DNA of 64,000 nucleotides from Strigamia acuminata (lineage: Eukaryota), in assembly GCA_949358305.1 (NCBI GenBank), contig OX442314.1, positions 3,162,001 to 3,226,000 on the forward strand, in the 5' to 3' direction. A program made the translations under genes and the position numbers. Positions 34,301 through 45,900 of the stretch are shown here, in pieces. Below the pieces are notes generated by a model. It had not been told where the DNA came from. It did no database searches and saw nothing but the letters and a program-made list of their open reading frames with translations. The number at the start of each line of letters is the position of its first letter. Position 1 is the stretch's first letter.

Positions 34301-37201
34301 TCAAATGAGTTTCTCCGCTACCTTCAAGACAAGGGTATTCAGGGACAGCGAACAAACCCGTCATCGCCACAAATAAACGGCACGGCCGAGCGCATAAACC
34401 GAACAATGGCCGACAATTTTCGCGCAGTTTTATCCGAAACCAAATTGCCGGAAGCGCTCTGGGCCGAACTCGCAGTCTCGTTTTCTTATATCAAGAACCG
34501 GAATCCTCATTCACGACTCAACAATCAAGTCCCCTTCATCCTTTGGCGGCAGAGAGCATTGTCATTACGACACTTACGTAAACTGGGCTCCAAATGCTGG
34601 GCGCATTTCACTGCACCAGGCCGCAAGAAACTGGATCCGTGGGCCTGGGAGGGGTATTTAGTCGGCTACGCCACAGGGACCCGTGGATACAGAATTTGGA
34701 ATCCGTCTGATAACAAAGTCTACGAATCTATTTATGTCAAGGTCGATGAACGGCAATCGTATCGAAAATCTATCAAAGTTTCAACCCAACGACCTGAGGA
34801 ATCATTTACCAATCCTGGACAACAGCAATCAGTTTCGTTCAGTGATGATGCCAAGTATCATGCTTGGCCGAGGGGATCCGACTCTGAAGGATCAAATCGC
34901 TCTGACAATGATTCCGATAATGGGGACAATGGCAATCAGACATCAACGTCTGCATCCATGCACACGCCGCTTATCCAATTACCTCCGCCGACAACGCCTG
35001 AGAGATTATTATTGGAAGCATGCTCGTTGGAATTGCCCTCTTCGGCCAGCTTAAGACAATCAATGTCATATCCCACTCTTTTTCAAGCAGATGACACGGA
35101 TGCTGACATTGCACAAATGGATAACATATCGTTATATCCCGGGACATCCGAATTTACCGGCACATCCGCGGAACAATCACCGCGCCAGTCACCTCCGGTA
35201 ACGCCTCATCCATCTGCACCACCGTCCCCACAACGTTCTCCGACTCGTTCACCTTCACTTGATCCGCCAAGATTTGTTACAACACGTCGCAGACAACGTG
35301 CTGATGATCCAATGACTCACACTTTGCAAATCTTTGATCCCGCGCCCATGTCACCAGCACCTATATTGGGGACTGAAGTTGCCGCAGCAACTGCACGCCA
35401 TACAACACATATGTGGCGATTAGTCGGCGGAGATGGACCATGTAGTGAATGGATCCGTGAAGAACATCTTCGAAAAGATCAGAAGCCTGGATCTATTTTA
35501 ATCGATGTTTATTATTTCCCGACTCCAAAGATTCGACTCAGATCTTACAAGGATATTGAGGATTACTGCATGTTGAATAACATCGATTATGAACCAGAAC
35601 TTTTCTTTTTCGGTAACCTCGAACATAAATTGCCAACTCTTCCGGGCGTTCGTCATGCGGCTCACTTATGCCGAACTGAACCAGCTTCATATGCTGAAAT
35701 TCCGAAGTTTAATGACGCTCCGAAATGGCGCGAAGCCATACAGGAAGAATTAGATACATTCAAAGAAAGGGAGATTTATGAAGAAGTTCCGAAACCACCG
35801 AACACAACGATACTCGGCTGCAAGTGGATTTTTAAGTTGAAGACCGATGCAGCCGGAACCGTCACCCGATATCGAGCACGCCTAGTAGCGCAAGGTTTTC
35901 GCCAAACCCTCGGTGTGGATTTCGACGAAGTGTTTAGTCCGGTTGTGAACTTCATTCTCATTCGTTTATTCTTCTGTCTTCTCGTGGTATTACGCGGCTG
36001 GAAGGACGCCCATCTCGACGTTAAATGTGCGTACCTGTACGGGGAGTTAAAGCATAAGGTTTACATGCGAATCCCGGCAGGTGCCACATGTTTCGATCCA
36101 AACAACGTATGGCTACTCATCAAGTCATTATATGGGCTCCACCAGTCCGGAAGACAGTGGTTCGAAAAACTCGACGAAACACTTCGGGCCCTCGGATTTC
36201 GAAAGATGCCGGCATGCAACTGCGTTTACGTATTCGGCAATACCGCTGTCATGCTGGTTTACGTGGACGATATAGTTTTATTTTATGCATCCGACAGTGC
36301 CTTTAAACAACTGATTCAACTCATCAGTTCGAAATTCGACATCGTAAATCTTGGCCCGATCACGAAACTCCTAGGCGTCGAATTCATCCGTGACGCCGGA
36401 CGCACGTTCATCACCCAACGTGCTTACATCGCAAAGATTGTTAAGAAGTTCGGGACGACGACTAACAACCTCGTTAAAGTGCCAGTGACCCCTGGAACTA
36501 CACTCGTCAGAGGGTCAACCGAAAATCTAGAGGACTTTCCTTACCGATCTCTAATTGGTTCATTGTTGTTCCTGGCATCGAGAACTCGCCCCGACATCTT
36601 ATACTCCGTCATCGCTCTGGCACAGTTCAACACGTGCTACAATCGAACCCACATCCGTGCTTTGTTACAGGTTCTGCAGTACGTGGCAAATACTGCAGAC
36701 CTCTGCATCGAATTATCCGATTGCGCTTCCAGCCAACTCTCAGCTTTTACCGATGCATCGTGGGCGAGCGACCCGGAAACGTCATTGAGTTTCGGAGGAT
36801 ACATTGTTTATGTCGGAAACGTGCCCATTGGCTGGTCATGCCGCAAACAATCGACAGTGGCATGCTCTACTATGGAAGCGGAATTTATCGCCCTAGTAGA
36901 GTGTGTGAAAGAACTTTTCTGGCTCGACCATGTTTACACTGACTTTCCAATTCTCAATCGTCTCTCTCGACCCATCGTATATTCCGACGCCCTGGCCTCC
37001 ATTCAATTTACGTCCAACGACATCGAGAACGCGAAAACAAAACACATTCGCGTGAAATATCATTGGCTCAGGGAGTGGTTTACGGCTGGAGTCTTCGATC
37101 TTCGAAAAGTGGCCGGCGAGATTAATATCGCGGACATTTTTACAAAATGGCTCGCATCAGAACGTTTGCGATCGCTGATTTCGAAGATCTTCCGAGCATA
37201 A
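34301..37201 (+). CDS. pol: Copia pol C-terminal part: rest of integrase, SH3-like region, MBD-like domain, reverse transcriptase, RNase H
   Basis: NGTAERINRT, GYLVGY..GYRIW, EWIREEHLRK..IDVYYFP..RLRSYKDIEDYC, YRARLVAQGF, KSLYGLHQSGRQW, LVYVDD, FTDASW, NIADIFTK. In frame with 13363-15465 once element A and one TSD are removed. Confidence 0.95.
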   Translation, partial: SNEFLRYLQDKGIQGQRTNPSSPQINGTAERINRTMADNFRAVLSETKLPEALWAELAVSFSYIKNRNPHSRLNNQVPFILWRQRALSLRHLRKLGSKCWAHFTAPGRKKLDPWAWEGYLVGYATGTRGYRIWNPSDNKVYESIYVKVDERQSYRKSIKVSTQRPEESFTNPGQQQSVSFSDDAKYHAWPRGSDSEGSNRSDNDSDNGDNGNQTSTSASMHTPLIQLPPPTTPERLLLEACSLELPSSASLRQSMSYPTLFQADDTDADIAQMDNISLYPGTSEFTGTSAEQSPRQSPPVTPHPSAPPSPQRSPTRSPSLDPPRFVTTRRRQRADDPMTHTLQIFDPAPMSPAPILGTEVAAATARHTTHMWRLVGGDGPCSEWIREEHLRKDQKPGSILIDVYYFPTPKIRLRSYKDIEDYCMLNNIDYEPELFFFGNLEHKLPTLPGVRHAAHLCRTEPASYAEIPKFNDAPKWREAIQEELDTFKEREIYEEVPKPPNTTILGCKWIFKLKTDAAGTVTRYRARLVAQGFRQTLGVDFDEVFSPVVNFILIRLFFCLLVVLRGWKDAHLDVKCAYLYGELKHKVYMRIPAGATCFDPNNVWLLIKSLYGLHQSGRQWFEKLDETLRALGFRKMPACNCVYVFGNTAVMLVYVDDIVLFYASDSAFKQLIQLISSKFDIVNLGPITKLLGVEFIRDAGRTFITQRAYIAKIVKKFGTTTNNLVKVPVTPGTTLVRGSTENLEDFPYRSLIGSLLFLASRTRPDILYSVIALAQFNTCYNRTHIRALLQVLQYVANTADLCIELSDCASSQLSAFTDASWASDPETSLSFGGYIVYVGNVPIGWSCRKQSTVACSTMEAEFIALVECVKELFWLDHVYTDFPILNRLSRPIVYSDALASIQFTSNDIENAKTKHIRVKYHWLREWFTAGVFDLRKVAGEINIADIFTKWLASERLRSLISKIFRA

Positions 37202-37422
37202 ACATATCGTGACATTCCTAATTTATTTTCACCCGACTTCGAGGATCATCGAGTTTCTGAGGGAATTTTCGGGCTTCCTTTGAGAAGAGTTCTTCAATGA
37301 CAGTACCCGGCTCGGTGATTCGTAATTTTTATTGTTTTCCATTTTTCAAATGTTTATATACTGTAATTCCAGTACCCGATTGTATTTTTCCCCTGCAAAA
37401 ACTTAAGATCGAAGAGGGGATT

Positions 37423-37940
37423 TGTAGGTCTAAAGACCACTGATTTTATCGATATTAAGTATTTACAGCTCTCTTATATCATAATTATCAATCAAACGAT
37501 TGCTTTTGTTATTATTCGACATTTCTGTTCAATTTGATGCTGTCACGTATGTAATTCCATACAATTCTCTAATTTATGATATGATTTGTTCTTTTGTTGA
37601 CCGATATTGTCAATTACTGGCACCAGGGTGCCATATGTATTAACTTTACTTATCCAACATGGCGCTACACACGAGCGTGTGTAGCTCAACTTCTTTATCC
37701 AGTTATGAACTCAAATGTAATGTATTTTCCAATATTAAATTGTTTTTATTATTTTAATTCATTGTGTCCACTTTAAAGCACATTAGGTGCTATTAGTTTG
37801 CGCATATAAGCGGCAATTTCCGCGCGCCCGTATCGCATTTAAACGACACGTCGTCGTTACGTCCGTGCGAGTAGCACGGCCCCGTTTCTCCACGCTTCCC
37901 GGCGATATATCGCCGATATTTTGCGCACAACTCTGCTACA
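37423..37940 (+). repeat. Copia-C 3' LTR
   Basis: Preceded by the PPT, followed by TSD GAACC. Confidence 0.97.
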
Positions 37941-38696
37941 GAACCGGGGGTCGACCGACTCGAACCGGGGGTCGACCGACTCGAACCGGGGGTCGACCGA
38001 CTCGAACCGGGGGTCGACCGACTCGAACCGGGGGTCGACCGACTCGAACCGGGGGTCGACCGACTCGAACCGGGGGTCGACCGACTCGAACCGGGGGTCG
38101 ACCGACTCGAACCGGGGGTCGACCGACTCGAACCGGGGGTCGACCGACTCGAACCGGGGGTCGACCGACTCGAACCGGGGGTCGACCGACTCGAACCGGG
38201 GGTCGACCGACTCGAACCGGGGGTCGACCGACTCGAACCGGGGGTCGACCGACTCGAACCGGGGGTCGACCGACTCGAACCGGGGGTCGACCGACTCGAA
38301 CCGGGGGTCGACCGACTCGAACCGGGGGTCGACCGACTCGAACCGGGGGTCGACCGACTCGAACCGGGGGTCGACCGACTCGAACCGGGGGTCGACCGAC
38401 TCGAACCGGGGGTCGACCGACTCGAACCGGGGGTCGACCGACTCGAACCGGGGTTCGACCGACTCGAACCGGGGGTCGACCGACTCGAACCGGGGGTCGA
38501 CCGACTCGAACCGGGGGTCGACCGACTCGAACCGGGGGTCGACCGACTCGAACCGGGGGTCGACCGACTCGAACCGGGGGTCGACCGACTCGAACCGGGG
38601 GTCGACCGACTCGAACCGGGGGTCGACCGACTCGAACCGGGGGTCGACCGACTCGAACCGGGGGTCGACCGACTCGAATTGGGGGTCGACCGACTC
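37941..38696. repeat. 21-bp minisatellite, ~36 units
   Basis: Direct inspection. Confidence 0.98.
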
Positions 38697-39908
38697 GGGA
38701 TGGGATACTTGGGTCGAAATGAATAAGGTCGAAACAAGAACTCGACCTTATTCATTTCGACCCTAGTCATTTCTGTATGTCTAATTTTGACCTTCTTCAT
38801 GAATAAGATCGAAACATCATTTTGACCTTAGTCATTTCGACCTTATTCATGAATAAGATCGAAATAGGATTTCGACCTTAGTCATTTCGACCCTAGTCAT
38901 TTCGGTGTATGTAATTTCGACCTTATTCATGAATAAGGTCGAAACTTTAAATTTTTATATGAATAAGGTCGAAAAACAAAAACTCAAAAACATGAGAATT
39001 TCACATGAGAATCTCGTGTCTTCTCTCGTTTTCTAATAACAATGTAAAAAATGTTTTTTATTTTATCACTTGTTTTATATTTGCAGGAAACCAGAGCTTC
39101 TAGAAGAAACTATTTCATATTTTTCTCATTTATTTTATAATTAAGTAATAAAATAACCTTATTTTAGCCTACATAAAGTTGTTTTTATTTTGATATTAAT
39201 TTAATTTTTTTTTGAACGTTAATTGGCAGTATAAAGTGTGTACACACTGGCCTGATCAAACAATGCAAAAAACACCGCCCAAAACACCGTATCTATTAAA
39301 GAATGCGCGCCGGCAGGCTGCTTAGCGCATTTACCCGGTGCTTCACTGCATCAACGCCATTTTTTTTCTCGGTTTTTCATGTTTTTCACATCGTTTTAAC
39401 TCGTTTTTATCATTTTTTTATGATTTCTTAATTTTTTTTTCATTTTTAAACCGTTTTTTTACGGCTTTTAATGTTTTTTTCCCATTTTTTTTCCATTTTT
39501 TGATGATTTTTCAGGTTTTTTTTTAAGTTTTAATTGGTTTTTCGTGGTTTTTAATATTTTTATTGGTTTTAATGTGTGTTTTATGATCTTTTACGTGTTT
39601 TTCCAGAAGACACAAGATTCTCATGTGAAATTCTCATGTTTATGAGTTTTTAACTTTCGACCTTATTCATATAAAAATTTAGAGTTTCGACCTCATTCAT
39701 GAATAAGGTCGACCTTATACATATTTCGACCTTATTCATGAATAAGATAGAAACAGCATTTCGACCTTAGTCCTTTCGACCCTAGTCATTTCTGTATATG
39801 TAATTTCGACTTTAATCATTTCACCCAGGGATGGGATACTTGGGTCGAAATTAATAAGGTCAAAACAGGATTTCAACCTTATTCATTTCGACCTTAGTAT
39901 GAAATCCC
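38697..39908. mobile_element. 1.2-kb non-coding foldback (MULE-like) element H, copy 1
   Basis: Termini GGGATGGGATACTTGGGTCGAAATGAATAAGG...CCTTATTCATTTCGACCTTAGTATGAAATCCC, flanked by ACCGACTC on both sides. Subterminal TTCGACCTTATTCAT repeats and ~110-bp internal inverted repeats. The superfamily call is inference. Confidence 0.6.
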
Positions 39909-40903
39909 ACCGACTCGAATCGGGGGTCTTCCGACTCGAATCGGGGGTCGACCGACTCGAACCGGGGGTCGACCGACTCGAACCGGGGGTCGACCGACTC
40001 GAACCGGGGGTCGACCGACTCGAACCGGGGGTCGACCGACTCGAACCGGGGGTCGACCGACTCGAACCGGGGGTCGACCGACTCGAACCGGGGGTCGACC
40101 GACTCGAACCGGGGGTCGACCGACTCGAACCGGGGGTCGACCGACTCGAACCGGGGGTCGACCGACTCGAACCGGGGGTCGACCGACTCGAACCGGGGGT
40201 CGACCGACTCGAACCGGGGGTCGACCGACTCGAACCGGGGGTCGACCGACTCGAACCGGGGGTCGACCGACTCGAACCGGGGGTCGACCGACTCGAACCG
40301 GGGGTCGACCGACTCGAACCGGGGGTCGACCGACTCGAACCGGGGGTCGACCGACTCGAACCGGGGGTCGACCGACTCGAACCGGGGGTCGACCGACTCG
40401 AACCGGGGGTCGACCGACTCGAACCGGGGGTCGACCGACTCGAACCGGGGGTCGACCGACTCGAACCGGGGGTCGACCGACTCGAACCGGGGGTCGACCG
40501 ACTCGAACCGGGGGTCGACCGACTCGAACCGGGGGTCGACCGACTCGAACCGGGGGTCGACCGACTCGAACCGGGGGTCGACCGACTCGAACCGGGGGTC
40601 GACCGACTCGAACCGGGGGTCGACCGACTCGAACCGGGGGTCGACCGACTCGAACCGGGGTTCGACCGACTCGAACCGAGGGTCGACCGACTCGAACCGG
40701 GGGTCGACCGACTCGAACCGGGGGTCGACCGACTCGAACCGGGGGTCGACCGACTCGAACCGGGGGTCGACCGACTCGAACCGGGGGTCGACCGACTCGA
40801 ACCGGGGGTCGACCGACTCGAACCGGGGGTCGACCGACTCGAACCGGGGGTCGACCGACTCGAACCGGGGGTCGACCGATTCGAATCGGGGGTCGACCGA
40901 CTC
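39909..40903. repeat. 21-bp minisatellite, ~47 units
   Basis: Direct inspection. Confidence 0.98.
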
Positions 40904-42096
40904 GGGATGGGATAAGGTCGAAACAGGAACTCGACCTTATTCATTTCGACCCTAGTCATTTCTGTATGTCTAATTTTGACCTTCTTCATGAATAAGATCG
41001 AAACATCATTTTGACCTTAGTCATTTCAACCTTATTCATGAATAAGATCGAAATAGGATTTCGACCTTAGTCATTTCGACCCTAGTCATTTCGGTGTATG
41101 TAATTTCGACCTTATTCATGAATAAGGTCGAAACTTTAAATTTTTATATGAATAAGGTCGAAAAACAAAAACTCAAAAACATGAGAATTTCACATGAGAA
41201 TTTCGTGTCTTCTCTCGTTTTCTAATAACAATGTAAAAAATGTTTTTTATTTTATCACTTGTTTTATATTTGCAGGAAACCAGAGCTTCTAGAAGAAACT
41301 ATTTCATATTTTTCTCATTTATTTTATAAATAAGTAATAAAATAACCTTATTTTAGCCTACATAAAGTTGTTTTTATTTTGATATTAATTTAATTTTTTT
41401 TGAACGTTAATTGGCAGTATAAAGTGTGTACACACTGGCCTGATCAAACAATGCAAAAAACACCGCCTAAAACACCGTATCTATTAAAGAATGCGCGCCG
41501 GCAGGCTGCTTAGCGCATTTACCCGGTGCTTCACTGCATCAACACCATTTTTTTTCTCGGTTTTTCACGTTTTTCACATCGTTTTAACTCGTTTTTATCA
41601 TTTTTTTATGATTTCTTAATTTTTTTTTCATTTTTAAACCGTTTTTTTACGGCTTTTAATGTTTTTTTCCCATTTTTTTTCCATTTTTTGATGATTTTTC
41701 AGGTTTTTTTTTAAGTTTTAATTGGTTTTTCGTGGTTTTTAATATTTTTATTGGTTTTAATGTGTGTTTTATGATCTTTTACGTGTTTTTCCAGAAGACA
41801 CAAGATTCTCATGTGAAATTCTCATGTTTATGAGTTTTTAACTTTCGACCTTATTCATATAAAAATTTAGAGTTTTGACCTCATTCATGAATAGGGTCGA
41901 CCTTATACATATTTTGACCTTATTCATGAATAAGATAGAAACAGCATTTCGACCTTAGTCCTTTCGACTCTAGTCATTTCTGTATATGTAATTTCGACTT
42001 TAATCATTTCACCCAGGGATGGGATACTTGGGTCGAAATTAATAAGGTCAAAACAGGATTTCAACCTTATTCATTTCGACCTTAGTATGAAATCCC
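40904..42096. mobile_element. Element H copy 2 (18-bp deletion near the left end)
   Basis: Near-identical to 38697-39908. Confidence 0.6.
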
Positions 42097-42973
42097 ACCG
42101 ACTCGAATCGGGGGTCTTCCGACTCGAACCGGGGGTCGACCGACTCGAACCGGGGGTCGACCGACTCGAACCGGGGGTCGACCGACTCGAACCGGGGGTC
42201 GACCGACTCGAACCGGGGGTCGACCGACTCGAACCGGGGGTCGACCGACTCGAACCGGGGGTCGACCGACTCGAACCGGGGGTCGACCGACTCGAACCGG
42301 GGGTCGACCGACTCGAACCGGGGGTCGACCGACTCGAACCGGGGGTCGACCGACTCGAACCGGGGGTCGACCGACTCGAACCGGGGGTCGACCGACTCGA
42401 ACCGGGGGTCGACCGACTCGAACCGGGGGTCGACCGACTCGAACCGGGGGTCGACCGACTCGAACCGGGGGTCGACCGACTCGAACCGGGGGTCGACCGA
42501 CTCGAACCGGGGGTCGACCGACTCGAACCGGGGGTCGACCGACTCGAACCGGGGGTCGACCGACTCGAACCGGGGGTCGACCGACTCGAACCGGGGGTCG
42601 ACCGACTCGAACCGGGGGTCGACCGACTCGAACCGGGGGTCGACCGACTCGAACCGGGGGTCGACCGACTCGAACCGGGGGTCGACAGACTCGAACCGGG
42701 GGTCGACCGACTCGAACCGGGGGTCGACCGACTCGAACCGGGGGTCGACCGACTCGAACCGGGGGTCGACCGACTCGAACCGGGGGTCGACCGACTCGAA
42801 CCGGGGGTCGACCGACTCGAACCGGGGGTCGACCGACTCGAACCGGGGGTCGACCGACTCGAACCGGGGGTCGACCGACTCGAACCGGGGGTCGACCGAC
42901 TCGAACCGGGGGTCGACCGGCTCGAACCGGGGGTCGACCGACTCGAACCGGGGGTCGACCGACTCGAACCGGG
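42097..42973. repeat. 21-bp minisatellite, ~42 units, interrupted by element A copy 4
   Basis: Direct inspection; resumes at 51969. Confidence 0.98.
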
Positions 42974-45900
42974 TGTGACGGTGACGACCACAACTCCCAT
43001 TTAACAATGGTACCGGGAAGAGATCGCAATAAATAAACAGTGAATACAATACGAGATAAATACAAGACAGTTTATTGTTGGCAAACAATATGGATGAGCT
43101 AAATTATACATAGGACTAATGCCGACATTTGGCAAGTTAAATCAGCTATTAAACTATACAAAGAATTGGCCAACTGGCCCTAGAATAATATCACTACGGG
43201 TCTGGAATATGGGAGCGGTTTCCCCATCGCTCGACCTGATTATAGATGTCATTTTAAGCCGGATGGCTGTGTCCTGGAGTCCGATACGGCTTCGCTGGTT
43301 TCCTTGGTTCGCTGTGTAAACTATCGCACGTCGATAAATCGAATGATCTGAGCATTGCGGTTGACTTTGTCTGCACCGCCACAACTTTGGGAGGATATTG
43401 GTGTAAGTAAATGTATTCATTTACTTATCAATATTCCACTTATGAATTATATTTAATTCATATCGTTGTGAATTCTTATTTAGATATTTCGGGAATAAGT
43501 TGTCGTCAACTTATCGGTTATATTGAGTTCAATATGAGATTAAGTCTTCTGACTTGATTTTGGTCCAACTGGTTGTCGAGTTTAAGTTTTGCTGTTATAA
43601 ATAAAATGAAGATTAAGCTTCCCGTCGCAACACACAATTGCCATCGATTAGAATATACGCCTTGCCATGCAGAACGGTATCAAGCGTCCCCGGCGTCGCA
43701 GCACGGTCGTCCATCGAGTGGTTGACGGTACCACGTACACAGGGGTCGATAGCTCGCGGCTCCGCACAGCAGTTTTATCTCTCGCGGTACTAATAATAGA
43801 CCGACTGCTTTGGCATCGAATACCATGAGAATCAGCTTGCCAAACACTTGGTGCTACTCGTGGTTACTGTAAAACAGACTGCTTTGGCACCATCAGGTGA
43901 AGGAACCGATTCTCAACAATACCGATGCTACTCGTGGTAACGGAATACGTTCATACCGAAAAAGACAACTTGGTCCTGTCCGGAGGATACTGAATTGCAC
44001 AACGGCGGGTTCTCCTTCGGCGTCGCAACCGTAAACTGTAACATTTATGCAACATAATGATCCCAGCACTTCGACTTCAATTGCCGGCGGTGGCATGATT
44101 CTGTAGAATCATGCAACGGTTCTTTGCGAATAAATCAACAAAGAACCAAAAGGTTTTTTTACGTGAACAACGAATCATATTTCTTAAGTAACAATACCAA
44201 ACAGAAAATAATCAAACAGAGCTGCAGAATGGCCGGTTGTTTGGGTTTATATAACCTGACTGGATTAAGGATTAATCCAGTTATCCAATTGGAACATGGG
44301 TTCCACGAATCCCTCCAATCCCGTATCACCGGAAGTGGATACGGAGGAACAATGTGCTAATTCTCACCACAACCGGAACTGGATACCCAGGACCGGAAAT
44401 GGATCCACCAATCAGATCTATTGGTTGATCGATTGATCACCAAATGTCCTGTCCCGCAGAAAATGGAAGTTACATTGTATTTAACATCACAAGACATTAA
44501 TATATCTTTATATTAATGTTCACAAAGCTTCGTTTCATTCTAGTAAATATAGTTTTATATTTATTTACATGTTTTATATTCATATCTTGAATTTGCCGCT
44601 AAATCGTAATCGCGCCATCTTGTGGCAACATTGCGCATTGACAAATGCGGTTTTAGCAGACGACTCTTCGTGATTCGGCCGGAATCCTTTGATATCAAGT
44701 AGGAATGAGTGTTTATTCTTAATAAACGAACATCTTTGTATTTGAAACATCATAAATAACTTTATTCCAGACATTTATCAGTTTTACACAGAATATCTTC
44801 GAGATATCATGATAATGGCGCAACAGCGCTTCTTTCTAAGAAAATAGGCATTTATAGCCATTGTAAACCGTCACACATCCCCCTTAATAACACAATTATA
44901 TAAAATTTTATAGAGTTTTCGTTATTCTCCTAATTAGCATAAATGCTATTTTCGGACTTGATGTATCTTGGAGATACCGTGACTTCCAATTTCGAATTTG
45001 AGCTTACATAAACTAACTTGAATTATCTAAGTTCTGATTTTCTGCCGAAATAATCTTTTCTAATAGCCTAAATTCAAGTCCAGAATTTATTTCCAAGTCT
45101 TCTTTTTGAAGAAACTTTCGTCATACATAAAATCATCATTTGTGTTATCACAAAATATTTATTTCATATGCCTAGTCAGATGTATCGCTATAAATATACA
45201 ATAAATAGCTTTTAGATGATAAGAGTTGACAATTAAGAAATCATAATTGTCCCCCTTAATTGTCATGACCGGAGTCACTTGGTATTCTTTGTACAATTGA
45301 CTAATTTAATTAAACTAGTTGTCTTAATAATGTAGCATTACTTTTCAAAATTTTGTTAATTCTAACTTTTATATTTTGTCCCCCTTTTCTTTAGAAGAGA
45401 GGTCATGATTTTTAGAAGAGGATTTTCTGTTTACACTATAATCGGGGAATCTTTGTGTATCATATCATGTTAATCAACATGATTCTTTGCTAAATATTGA
45501 GCTCGCATATTTGCAAATTTCCGAGATCTCTCAGCCTGCTGTACTGATTTCTTTCGACGTTTTTTCTTTGGGCAGTTACACACAGTGTACTCACTTGGCA
45601 GTGTAAATGACCGTGACGACCCAACTTTTTGTTTTAGGTCATCTCTGGAAAACCATACATGAATGGGACCCTCATTGGAAAACCATACGTGGAAAGGACC
45701 CATATTTGGAATTGTGAAATCCCGCAACAAACGAGGGGATCTATATTTGACTCTAAGTCGTGGAACTGATGATTGGAAACCTGGGTTTTCAGTCAGTTTT
45801 TGAACATGTTGGTTTGTACTTGAAGTTTCTTCATCACCAGCTGGACTTGGTGACCGAAAACGCTTTTTTGAAGTTCTTAATTCCTCTCGTTGAGATGAAT

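Larger units (their letters stand above)
11949..37940 (+). mobile_element. Copia-C: full-length Copia LTR retrotransposon with an MBD-like domain (CopiaMBD-type), ~7.2 kb after removing nested element A
   Basis: 518-bp LTRs 11949-12466 and 37423-37940 (TG...CA; I count 5 differences). 5-bp TSD GAACC (11944-11948 / 37941-37945), tRNAi-Met PBS 12468-12485, PPT GAAGAGGGGA 37411-37420. Domain order gag-PR-IN-RT-RH. Confidence 0.97.

Noticed and set aside
37941..42973. CRISPR-like or iteron array
   Set aside because: Units are head-to-tail with no unique spacers, there are no cas genes, and the context is eukaryotic.
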